From Bacteroidales bacterium (GTDB lineage Bacteria; Bacteroidota; Bacteroidia; Bacteroidales; GCA-2748055): DNA of 64,000 nt. Positions 9,860-18,520 of this stretch are shown here, in pieces (position 1 is the first letter of the stretch; every line of letters starts with the position of its first letter). Position numbers and translations under genes: made by a program. The stretch lies in assembly GCA_029210725.1 (NCBI GenBank), contig JARGFM010000005.1:89805-153804 (forward strand), given 5' to 3'. The notes beneath the pieces were generated by a model. The model was given only the letters and a program-made list of their open reading frames with translations, searched no databases and was not told where the DNA came from.

Positions 9860-10602
9860 GACGGTATGGACTGATCGGGTATCCACTTGGACACAGTTTT
9901 TCAGCTTCCTACTTCCGGGAAAAATTTCACCAGGAGGGCATCGACGCTGACTACCGGAATTTCCCCCTGGAACAACTTGCAGATTTCAAGGAGTTGTTGC
10001 ACAGGGAACCTGGCCTTTCGGGCCTGAATGTGACTGTCCCCTACAAGCAGGAAATTATCCCGTTCCTCGATACGCTGAGCCCTACCTCAGAGTCAGTCCG
10101 GGCGGTGAATACCATTTCCTTCAGAAAAAACAGGGGTGGAATGGAACTGATTGGCGATAATACGGATGTTACAGGCTTCAGGCAAAGTTTGGAAGAGTAT
10201 CTGAAACCACACCATACCAGGGCTCTGGTGCTAGGGACAGGGGGGAGCTCAAAAGCAGTTATTTATGTGCTTGAACAACTGGGCATCGGCTGCACCCTCG
10301 TAAGCCGGACATCCGGTAAGGCCTGCATCACTTACAGGGAACTGGATGAAGAACGGGTGGCCGCAACACCCCTGATTGTGAATACCACTCCCCTGGGGAT
10401 GCATCCCGGCCCGGAGACTTATCCGGATATCCCTTACCGGGCTCTGAGTCCTGAGCACCTCCTGTTTGACCTGGTCTATAATCCGGCCAGGACCCTGTTC
10501 CTGATCAAAGGAGAAAAGCAGGGGGCAAGGATTGTAAATGGTCATCAAATGTTGATCTTCCAGGCCGAAGCATCCTGGAAGATATGGAACGGGATCGCTT
10601 GA
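9856..10602 (+). CDS. aroE: Shikimate dehydrogenase
   Basis: MRRYGLIGYPLGHSFSASYF, NVTVPYKQ and GTGGSSKAV motifs are present. The ATG at 9856 overlaps the DUF368 stop (ATGA). Confidence 0.9.
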   Translation: MRRYGLIGYPLGHSFSASYFREKFHQEGIDADYRNFPLEQLADFKELLHREPGLSGLNVTVPYKQEIIPFLDTLSPTSESVRAVNTISFRKNRGGMELIGDNTDVTGFRQSLEEYLKPHHTRALVLGTGGSSKAVIYVLEQLGIGCTLVSRTSGKACITYRELDEERVAATPLIVNTTPLGMHPGPETYPDIPYRALSPEHLLFDLVYNPARTLFLIKGEKQGARIVNGHQMLIFQAEASWKIWNGIA

Positions 10603-10754
10603 CCCCCCTTTTTCATCATCATTAACATTATCAGAAGTTAGTATCTTATATTTGTTGTAAATCTAAAGGTAGCTCTGCTGCGGGGTAAGCGAGCACATTT
10701 AAAATAAACAATTAATCGATGATTCCTCGCAGCAAGCTGCGAGGAGAATCAATA

Positions 10755-11492
10755 ATGGCAATTACATTTTCCAGGGAGTTTCACATCTCATCCTATGATC
10801 TGAATCCGAAAGGACAGGCCAGGTTAACCACTATGGCCAATTTTTTCCAGGAAGTGGCCTATCATCATGCCAGTGATCTGGGTTTGGGATATGATGACAT
10901 GAAGCGCAGAAAGACCACCTGGGTGCTTTCAAGGATGCGGATCTGTATGGAGCGCTATCCGGTCTGGAATGAACAAATAAAACTGGAGACCTGGCCAAGT
11001 GGTGCTGAGAGGCTGTTTGCCCTCAGGGACTTCAGGGTGACCGACAGCCAGGGGGAATTGATCGGAAAGGCGAGCACCGCCTGGTTGATCCTGGATCTGG
11101 ATACACACCGGCTGGTACGGCCCAGGGAGATGCTCGAACAGTTTAAGCTCATTATCCATGATGAGAGGATGTTTGAGGAAGCCCTGGATAAAATCGCTGT
11201 CCCAGGTGAGCTAAGCTTCCTGAAGCAGCATGCAGTGGTATTCTCCGACCTGGATATTGTTGGTCACGTGAATAACGTCAAGTATATGGAGTGGTGCATG
11301 GATGCCTTAAGCACTGCTGAAAACGCGGAGCAGGAGATTCGGGAACTGGAGATCAATTTTAATCATGAAGCCTTGTTCGGGGACCTTATTCGCTTAGAAG
11401 GAACCGTAACAGAGCGTGGTGAGCTAGTTTTCCTGGCCACCCGTGAGGAAGATGGTCAGGAAATCATCACTGCCAGGATAAAGAGGGAATAA
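10755..11492 (+). CDS. Acyl-ACP thioesterase
   Basis: The protein starts MAITFSREFHISSYDLNPKGQARL and has a double-hotdog FatA/B-like layout (VGHVNNVKYMEW). I chose the ATG at 10755 because a perfect hairpin at 10725-10744 lies in the alternative upstream extension. Confidence 0.85.
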   Translation: MAITFSREFHISSYDLNPKGQARLTTMANFFQEVAYHHASDLGLGYDDMKRRKTTWVLSRMRICMERYPVWNEQIKLETWPSGAERLFALRDFRVTDSQGELIGKASTAWLILDLDTHRLVRPREMLEQFKLIIHDERMFEEALDKIAVPGELSFLKQHAVVFSDLDIVGHVNNVKYMEWCMDALSTAENAEQEIRELEINFNHEALFGDLIRLEGTVTERGELVFLATREEDGQEIITARIKRE

Positions 11493-11515
11493 ACGCTGCA
11501 ATACGGCCTGCCAGG

Positions 11516-12301
11516 CTAGGAAAATCGATTGCCCGGATATCCGATATCCACCAGGAACAGTCCCTGTGCCGGAGCAGACGAGCTTGCTTTACCACGATCC
11601 TTTGCCTCCACAATCTTCTTAAAAGCATCTGCATCCAGTTTTCCAAGGCCTACGTCCAGAAGGGTGCCCGTTAAGGATCTTACCATATTCCGAAGGAAAC
11701 GGTCTGCTGTTATTTCAAATACATAACCATTCTCCACCTCATTCCATAAGGCACGGATCAGCTTGCAGTTATTCGTTTTCACATCCGTGTGCAACTTTGC
11801 AAAACTTGTAAAGTCAGAGTTTTCGAGGATTATTTGACAGCAGTGTCGAATCGACTCCGTATCCAGCTCTCCGTAGACATAATGACAGTAATTCCGCTGG
11901 AAAAGCGGTTTTATGGATGAAATATGGTACTGATAGGTCCGGTATAGGGCTGAAAAACGGGCATGCATATCCTCCTGGACTGGAAAAATCTTATAGACTA
12001 CAATATCGGGAGGAAGAAAACGGTTCAGTTTGAAGAGGAAGCGATCAGACGATGGATCGGGATCGGCCGAAGAGCCGGACCCGGTTATAAGCATCTCCGG
12101 CTTCAGATCAAAGTGGGCCATAAAGTATGTGGCGTGAACGCCAGCATCAGTCCGCCCGGCGCCGGTTACAGCTGTCTTTTTTTTTAATAATATGGACAGG
12201 GCATGTTCAAGCACCTTCTGCACCGTGGGTTTATCGGGCTGTATCTGCCAGCCGTAATAATCACTGCCGTCATAGGCCATATGTATAAAATACCTGCTCA
12301 T
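11516..12301 (-). CDS. truA: tRNA pseudouridine(38-40) synthase
   Basis: 261 aa with the catalytic motif GAGRTDAGVHA and YDGSDYYGWQIQ at the N-terminus. Confidence 0.93.
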   Translation of the reverse strand: MSRYFIHMAYDGSDYYGWQIQPDKPTVQKVLEHALSILLKKKTAVTGAGRTDAGVHATYFMAHFDLKPEMLITGSGSSADPDPSSDRFLFKLNRFLPPDIVVYKIFPVQEDMHARFSALYRTYQYHISSIKPLFQRNYCHYVYGELDTESIRHCCQIILENSDFTSFAKLHTDVKTNNCKLIRALWNEVENGYVFEITADRFLRNMVRSLTGTLLDVGLGKLDADAFKKIVEAKDRGKASSSAPAQGLFLVDIGYPGNRFS

Positions 12302-12449
12302 GCATCGTTGTTCCGTGGATAAATTTACCCTTTTCTTAACATTTTTTAACCCCCACTTCCTTTCGATTGGTAAATTTCGCTGCTATTTTTGTTCTCCGCG
12401 AATGGGACAGGATTAACAATATGATTATTAACATAAAAGAATCCATCAT

Positions 12450-13445
12450 ATGAGTCAGGACATAAACATTAAAGAACTCAACGAACGGATAAAGAAAGAG
12501 AGTGAATTTGTGGACTTGATTACCCTGGAGATCCAGAAGGTAATTATCGGACAGAAGGGATTGGTTGACCGCCTGCTTATCGGATTGCTCTCCGACGGAC
12601 ATATCCTTCTGGAAGGGGTTCCCGGACTGGCTAAGACTTTGGCCATCAGTACACTTTCGCAAACCATAGACGCTTCATTCAGCAGAATCCAGTTTACTCC
12701 CGATCTCCTGCCGGCCGATTTGTTGGGTACCATGATATACAGTCAGAAAAAGGAGGAATTTGTGGTGAAGAAAGGTCCTGTTTTTGCCAACCTGATCCTG
12801 GCCGATGAGATCAACCGCTCCCCGGCCAAGGTGCAGAGCGCCTTGCTGGAAGCCATGCAGGAGAAGCAGGTGACCATCGGGGACACCACCTATAAACTGG
12901 AACGCCCCTTTCTGGTGATGGCCACTCAAAATCCCATTGAGCAGGAGGGAACCTATCCCTTGCCGGAGGCGCAGGTGGACCGGTTTATGATGAAGGTGGT
13001 GGTCAATTATCCCGGAAGGGAAGAGGAGCGGCTGATTGTAAGGGAAAATCTTGCCAGTGAGTTTCCTGTTGCCAGCAGCATCTTAAAGCCATCCGATATC
13101 ATGAAGGCTCGCGAGGTGGTGAAGGAAGTATATCTGGATGAGAAAATTGAAAACTATATCCTGGATATTGTATTTGCCACCCGCGAACCCAGGGAAGCCG
13201 GACTGGCACAATTTGTGCCGCTGATTCAATACGGTGGTTCTCCAAGAGCCAGTATCAATCTGGCCAGGGCCGCAAAGGCATATGCATTTATAAAACGAAG
13301 GGGTTATGTGGTTCCGGAAGATATCCGGGCGATCTGTCATGACGTGATGAGGCACCGTATTGGTTTGACCTATGAAGCCGAGGCGGAGAATATTAGCACG
13401 GAGAATATCATCTCTGAGATTCTTAATCATGTGGAGGTGCCCTAA
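12450..13445 (+). CDS. moxR: MoxR-family AAA+ ATPase
   Basis: 331 aa. Walker A-like GVPGLAKT and Walker B LADEINR are present, and the C-terminal half is typical of MoxR/RavA. This is the first gene of the Bat-type operon. Confidence 0.93.
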   Translation: MSQDINIKELNERIKKESEFVDLITLEIQKVIIGQKGLVDRLLIGLLSDGHILLEGVPGLAKTLAISTLSQTIDASFSRIQFTPDLLPADLLGTMIYSQKKEEFVVKKGPVFANLILADEINRSPAKVQSALLEAMQEKQVTIGDTTYKLERPFLVMATQNPIEQEGTYPLPEAQVDRFMMKVVVNYPGREEERLIVRENLASEFPVASSILKPSDIMKAREVVKEVYLDEKIENYILDIVFATREPREAGLAQFVPLIQYGGSPRASINLARAAKAYAFIKRRGYVVPEDIRAICHDVMRHRIGLTYEAEAENISTENIISEILNHVEVP

Positions 13446-13457
13446 ACGGATCATCTT

Positions 13458-13877
13458 ATGAGAAGCCTTTCCCCATACATCTTATTGCTTGCCAGTTTCC
13501 TGTGGTTTTCACCCGGAAACATAGAGGGGCAATCCATGATCGGACTGAGCAAGGAGGAGGTGCGTGTACTGGTGAAAAACAAGCATAAGGAGTTCAGGAA
13601 AGACCATTCGGTAGTAAACCAGCAGTTCAACTATCTGAAGTTTGTAAACGGACTTAAAACGCGAACCTGGATCCTCTATTTTAATAAGGAGGATATTTGT
13701 AAGAGTACTAAGCTGGTATGTGACTACGGGGAATTTGATGAGGTACTAGAAGAGTTAAACGGGGTATATGAAAAGACCGGGGAATTGGAATGGGCCTATA
13801 AACTGAAGCGTGATATGATATATGTAACGCTGACACGGCAGGAATGGTATTTTACTGTAAGAGAAGCAAGGAAATAA
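13458..13877 (+). CDS. Hypothetical secreted protein (139 aa) inserted between moxR and DUF58
   Basis: The ORF has a signal peptide (ILLLASFLWFSPGNIEGQ). Spacing is tight: 12 nt after moxR and 3 nt before DUF58. No domain recognised. Confidence 0.6.
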   Translation: MRSLSPYILLLASFLWFSPGNIEGQSMIGLSKEEVRVLVKNKHKEFRKDHSVVNQQFNYLKFVNGLKTRTWILYFNKEDICKSTKLVCDYGEFDEVLEELNGVYEKTGELEWAYKLKRDMIYVTLTRQEWYFTVREARK

Positions 13878-13880
13878 TAG

Positions 13881-14744
13881 GTGGAAGCAAAAGATCTTAT
13901 AAAGAAGGTAAGGAAAATCGAGATCAAGACCCGGGGCCTCTCCCGGCAGATTTTTGCCGGGGAGTATCACAGCGCTTTCAAGGGCAGGGGCATGACCTTT
14001 TCTGAAGTGAGAGAGTACCAGTATGGCGACGATATCAGAAGCATTGACTGGAATGTGACCGCCCGTTTCAACCACCCCTATGTAAAGGTATTTGAAGAGG
14101 AGCGGGAGTTGACCGTGATGCTGCTGATCGATGTAAGCGGATCCGGCGATTTTGGCACGCAGGAACTATTGAAGCGCGGACTGATCACGGAGATCGCTGC
14201 AGTTCTCTCCTTCTCTGCCATAGCGAATAATGATAAGATCGGAGTGATCCTGTTCAGTGACCGGATTGAAAAGTTTATCCCGCCTCAGAAAGGCAGGAAA
14301 CACATACTGAGGATTATCCGTGAACTGCTCGAATACAAACCGGAAAGCCAGGGGACCGATATCTCGGAGAGTCTTAGATTCCTGACCAATGCCATTAAGA
14401 AACGGTGTACAGCTTTCCTTATTTCCGATTTCAGGGACAAGGGATACGCCCGCTCCCTGCAGATTGCAAATAATAAACACGATGTAGCAGCCCTCCATGT
14501 TTACGACAGACGTGAAACTTCACTTCCGGCAGTTGGTCTTCTCAGGGTTCTGGATGCCGAAACGGGTAAGGAACGCTGGATCGATACCTCCAGCCGGAAA
14601 TTAAGGGAAAGTTATGCCATAAAGTGGGAGAGCCATCGGGAAATGATGAAGGAGATATTTTCAAGGGCCGGTGTGGACTCGGTATCGATCCGCACGGGTG
14701 AAGACTATGTAAAACCCCTCATAGGCCTGTTTAAACAACGCTGA
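13881..14744 (+). CDS. DUF58 domain protein (MoxR-partner, VWA-like)
   Basis: 287 aa with a GTG start. The hallmark FSEVREYQYGDDIRSIDWNVTAR is present. Confidence 0.9.
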   Translation: MEAKDLIKKVRKIEIKTRGLSRQIFAGEYHSAFKGRGMTFSEVREYQYGDDIRSIDWNVTARFNHPYVKVFEEERELTVMLLIDVSGSGDFGTQELLKRGLITEIAAVLSFSAIANNDKIGVILFSDRIEKFIPPQKGRKHILRIIRELLEYKPESQGTDISESLRFLTNAIKKRCTAFLISDFRDKGYARSLQIANNKHDVAALHVYDRRETSLPAVGLLRVLDAETGKERWIDTSSRKLRESYAIKWESHREMMKEIFSRAGVDSVSIRTGEDYVKPLIGLFKQR

Positions 14745-14745
14745 T

Positions 14746-15726
14746 ATGTTTATTGTAAGGGCCATAAGAGAAAGCAAAGGACTTCTGATAAGCAGTCTGT
14801 TCCTGCTGCTGAACCTGCCGGCGGAGGGGCAGCTCATCAGGGTGCAATCGCTGCTTAGCAGGGACTCGCTAATGATCGGGGACCAGATCGAGTATACCCT
14901 TCGTGTTGATGCCGATAGTGCGGTGGATTTTATTCTGCCTGCAATTTCAGATACTCTGAACCGTGCCCTGGAAGTGCTATCCCCGCTCTCCTCAGATACC
15001 ATAGTGTCGGGGGACCGAAAGGTGGTGGAGCAAAGCTATCTGATAACGGTATTCGAACCGGGATTGCAGATGGTGCCTTCGCAGGAGGTTATCTATATGA
15101 GGGGTGCTTTGCCCGATACGGCCAGAAGCATGCCTTTAGTACTCCGTGTTTATGCACCGGAGGTAGACACTGCCGGGCAGATTAAGCCCATCAAACCTCC
15201 TGTCAATACGCCGCTCACCCTGAGAGAAGTGCTTCCCTGGGCAGCTGCAGGATTGGGAGGACTGTTGCTTGTCGGGGCAGTCGTTTGGCTGCTGCTGCGT
15301 TTTTTAAAAAGGAAGAAGGATCCGGAAGGGCAGATGCAAAAGTCGCAGGAACCTGCCCATATTATTGCATTCAGGGAGCTGGACAGACTGAAGAATGAGA
15401 AGATATGGGCCAGGGGCCTGGTAAAAGAGTATTATACCAGACTGACGGAGATCACCAGGCGGTATATTGAGAGGCAATATGGCATTGCGGCCATGGAGAG
15501 CACCACAGAGGAGATACTTTACGCCTTCAGAAAGGTCAATCTGGAAGACAAGCTGCTTGAAGAGATGCTCAGTGAATTGCTGGAGCTTGCCGACCTGGTT
15601 AAATTTGCCAGAGAGGATCCCCTTCCTTTAGATAATCAGACGCATCTGAACAATGTCTATTTTTTTGTACAGAAAACCTATCCGCTTTTTTATCGTCAGG
15701 AAGAAAAACAAGAAGACCGTCCATGA
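14746..15726 (+). CDS. Bat-operon membrane protein (BatD-like N-domain plus single TM plus cytoplasmic tail)
   Basis: 326 aa with a signal-like N-terminus, a central TM (AAAGLGGLLLVGAVVWLLL) and RFLKRKKD. It holds the position of the uncharacterised membrane gene found between DUF58 and batA. Confidence 0.7.
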   Translation: MFIVRAIRESKGLLISSLFLLLNLPAEGQLIRVQSLLSRDSLMIGDQIEYTLRVDADSAVDFILPAISDTLNRALEVLSPLSSDTIVSGDRKVVEQSYLITVFEPGLQMVPSQEVIYMRGALPDTARSMPLVLRVYAPEVDTAGQIKPIKPPVNTPLTLREVLPWAAAGLGGLLLVGAVVWLLLRFLKRKKDPEGQMQKSQEPAHIIAFRELDRLKNEKIWARGLVKEYYTRLTEITRRYIERQYGIAAMESTTEEILYAFRKVNLEDKLLEEMLSELLELADLVKFAREDPLPLDNQTHLNNVYFFVQKTYPLFYRQEEKQEDRP

Positions 15727-16718
15727 GCAGTATTGAATTTGCATATCCGGCTTTCTTCTATGCCCTGGTGCTGATCCCTTTGATGCTGGCCTGGTATCTC
15801 TGGAGAGGAAGAAAAGGAAGTGCACCCATGAAATTATCCGGATTTGAAAACCTGGACGAACGCCTCGGATCTTACAGGATCTGGCTGAGGCATCTCCTGG
15901 CTTTTCTCAGAATGGCTGTTGTTACATTGATCATTGTTGTGCTGGCCAGGCCACAGTCGTCCAACCAGTGGGAACAGGTTACCACGGAAGGAATAGATAT
16001 TGTTCTCTGTATGGATGTGTCGGGGAGCATGCAGGCCATGGATTTCAGGCCCAACAGGCTGGAGGCTTCAAAAAATGTAGGGATTGAATTTGTGAATGCC
16101 AGGCAGGATGACCGCTTTGGACTGGTCGTTTTTGCAGGTGAGAGTTTTACCCAGTGCCCTATGACCACAGACAGGGCGGTGGTCGTAAACTTCCTGAACG
16201 AGATAGACTTTGGAGTGATCGAAGATGGGACTGCCATTGGAATGGGACTGGCTACTGCAGTGAATCGTATCAAAGAGAGCAAAGCGAGAAGCAAGGTAAT
16301 CATTCTGCTGACCGATGGAGTTAATAACAGTGGGGACGTGGGGCCCGTAACAGCAGCAGAAATCGCAGCGGGTTTTGATATCAGGGTCTATACCATTGGC
16401 GTGGGCTCCAAAGGCACAGCCCCTGTTCCGGCTCAGGATATGTTCGGAAGGACGCTTACCAGGGATGTACCAGTTGAGATAGATGAAGAGGTTCTCCGGA
16501 AAATATCTGAAACTACGGGAGGAAGTTATTTCAGGGCGACAGATAATAACAAACTACGGGAGATTTACCAGGAGATTGATCAGCTGGAGAAGACCCGGCT
16601 GGATGTAAAACAGTTCAGCAAGAAAAAAGAAGAGTATTTCCCTTTCCTGCTGGCAGCCCTGATTCTGCTGTTAGCTGAAATCTTACTCAGATATACCATT
16701 TTCAGAACAATACCCTAA
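15723..16718 (+). CDS. batA: VWA domain membrane protein BatA
   Basis: 331 aa with N-terminal TMs, a VWA MIDAS motif DVSGSM, and a C-terminal TM. Confidence 0.9.
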   Translation: MSSIEFAYPAFFYALVLIPLMLAWYLWRGRKGSAPMKLSGFENLDERLGSYRIWLRHLLAFLRMAVVTLIIVVLARPQSSNQWEQVTTEGIDIVLCMDVSGSMQAMDFRPNRLEASKNVGIEFVNARQDDRFGLVVFAGESFTQCPMTTDRAVVVNFLNEIDFGVIEDGTAIGMGLATAVNRIKESKARSKVIILLTDGVNNSGDVGPVTAAEIAAGFDIRVYTIGVGSKGTAPVPAQDMFGRTLTRDVPVEIDEEVLRKISETTGGSYFRATDNNKLREIYQEIDQLEKTRLDVKQFSKKKEEYFPFLLAALILLLAEILLRYTIFRTIP

Positions 16719-16720
16719 GG

Positions 16721-17767
16721 ATGATCCAGTTTGCACATAAGGAAATATTATGGGTCCTGCTGGCCACGGGTCTAATGATTCTTGGCTATATACTTTTCTG
16801 GCAGCACCGCAAACGCGCATTGCGCAGAATGGGAGACCAGGACTTGCTCAGGGAGTTGATGCCGGACACTTCTGTCTGGGCACAGCACTGGAAATTCATC
16901 CTTCTGTTCACGGGTACGGTGCTGCTGATCATTGCTGCCTCCGGACCCCGCATAGGATCGAGACTGCAGGAAGTGGAGCACAAGGGGCGGGAGGTTATTA
17001 TTGCCCTGGATGTATCCAACAGTATGCTGGCCGAAGATGTTTTGCCTTCCAGGCTTGAGCGGTCCAAGCAAATGATTAACAGGATGGTGGATCGCATGTC
17101 CAATGATAAGATCGGGCTGATTGTCTTTGCAGGTGAAGCCTATACACAAATCCCCATCACGGATGATTATCCCAGTGTAAAGATGTTTCTCTCAGGAGCA
17201 GGTCCGGATATGGTTTCTAAACAGGGCACCGCCATTGGTTCGGCCATCTATCTGGCCGCCCGTTCATTTTCCACGGAAGAGAGAGAGCTTCGTACCGGAG
17301 AGGGTGTGCCCAACCAGGCCATAGTGGTTATCACAGATGGTGAGAATCATGAGGATGATGCCGTGGGGGAGGCGGCTCAAGCCGCAGAAAAGGGGATTAA
17401 GGTATATACGGTTGGTTTGGGAGACCCCAACGGGGTTCCAGTACCTCTTTCTCCCGGCAGCAAGGCCACCAGGAGGGATCGCGACGGGAATGTGGTGGTA
17501 AGCAAGCTAAATGAAAGCTTATTGAAGGAGGTGGCCCAGGAGGGCCGCGGAGCCTATATACCAGGCGACCGGATCAACAATTTAATTGATGAACTGGATA
17601 AGCTGGAAAGGGCTGAACTGAAAACCCGGGTGTTTGCTGAGTTTGCCGAACGTTTTCAATACTTTGCCGGTTTTGCCCTCCTTTTCCTGGTGCTCGAATT
17701 CTTTCTTCGTTCCAGGAGAAGCTGGCTGCTTTTGCGACTGAATTTGTTTAAAACAGACGAAAAATAA
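16721..17767 (+). CDS. batB: VWA domain membrane protein BatB
   Basis: 348 aa with a MIDAS motif DVSNSM and TM segments at both ends. Confidence 0.9.
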   Translation: MIQFAHKEILWVLLATGLMILGYILFWQHRKRALRRMGDQDLLRELMPDTSVWAQHWKFILLFTGTVLLIIAASGPRIGSRLQEVEHKGREVIIALDVSNSMLAEDVLPSRLERSKQMINRMVDRMSNDKIGLIVFAGEAYTQIPITDDYPSVKMFLSGAGPDMVSKQGTAIGSAIYLAARSFSTEERELRTGEGVPNQAIVVITDGENHEDDAVGEAAQAAEKGIKVYTVGLGDPNGVPVPLSPGSKATRRDRDGNVVVSKLNESLLKEVAQEGRGAYIPGDRINNLIDELDKLERAELKTRVFAEFAERFQYFAGFALLFLVLEFFLRSRRSWLLLRLNLFKTDEK

Positions 17768-17773
17768 AGCAGT

Positions 17774-18511
17774 ATGAAAAGATCTGTTCTGACATTGGTG
17801 ATGCTGACGGCGTTTATTCTTGTCTACGGGCAAAATGAACGAAAGGTGATTCGTGATGGTATCCGGGCTTACGGTGATGGCGAGTTCGAAGAAGCTGAAG
17901 TTCAGTTTCGCAAAGCTGAGAGTATCAACCAGGAGTCTTATGAAGCAGAATTTAACACGGGTGCCGCCTTATATAAGCAACAGAAATTTGAAGAGACGGT
18001 CAATCAGTTCGAATCCTTGCTTCAGGAGACAGGTGAGGATGAAAAGCTGGCTCAGATCTGGCACAATATCGGGAATAGTCTCCTCGAATCCCGGCAGTAT
18101 GCTCCAAGCATTGAAGCCTATAAAAACAGCCTGCGGAAAAATCCTGCTGACCAGGATACCAGGTATAACCTGGCTTACGCCATGGAGAAGTTAAAGGAGC
18201 AGGAAAAGAACCAGGACCAGCAACAGCAGGAGCAGGAGAAGAACCGGGACCAGCAAGAACAGGACCAGCAACAGCAGGAGCAGGAAAAGAACCGGGACCA
18301 GCAAGAACAGGACCAGGAAAAGAACCAGGACCAGCAAGAACAGGATCAGGAAAAGAACCGGGACCAGCCGCAGACTCAACCCAGAGAGATATCCGAAGAG
18401 GATGCAGAGCGCTTGCTGAATGCTATTCAGCAGCAGGAAAAAGAGGTGAAGGAGAAGGTGGATGAGAAAAAAGCGGCGGCAGCCAAGGTAAAAACAGAAA
18501 AGGATTGGTAA
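17774..18511 (+). CDS. batC: TPR protein BatC with a Gln/Glu/Asp-rich repeat tail
   Basis: 245 aa with a signal peptide, TPR units, then QEQEKNRDQQEQD-type repeats. Confidence 0.85.
   Translation: MKRSVLTLVMLTAFILVYGQNERKVIRDGIRAYGDGEFEEAEVQFRKAESINQESYEAEFNTGAALYKQQKFEETVNQFESLLQETGEDEKLAQIWHNIGNSLLESRQYAPSIEAYKNSLRKNPADQDTRYNLAYAMEKLKEQEKNQDQQQQEQEKNRDQQEQDQQQQEQEKNRDQQEQDQEKNQDQQEQDQEKNRDQPQTQPREISEEDAERLLNAIQQQEKEVKEKVDEKKAAAAKVKTEKDW
18218..18346 (+). repeat. In-frame tandem DNA repeat inside batC (2 x 48 nt, then 33-nt units)
   Basis: The unit cagcaacagcaggagcaggagaagaaccgggaccagcaagaacaggac at 18218-18265 is repeated at 18266-18313 with one mismatch. It is followed by caggaaaagaaccaggaccagcaagaacaggat at 18314-18346 and a further partial copy. 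Confidence 0.9.
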
Positions 18512-18520
18512 TTTCAGATC

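Noticed and set aside
18191-18379. Regularly spaced repeats, considered as a CRISPR-like array, and a poly-Leu 62-aa antisense ORF
   Set aside because: The repeats are contiguous with no unique spacers and lie in frame within batC, where they encode a Q/E/D-rich tail. The poly-Leu ORF is simply their reverse complement.
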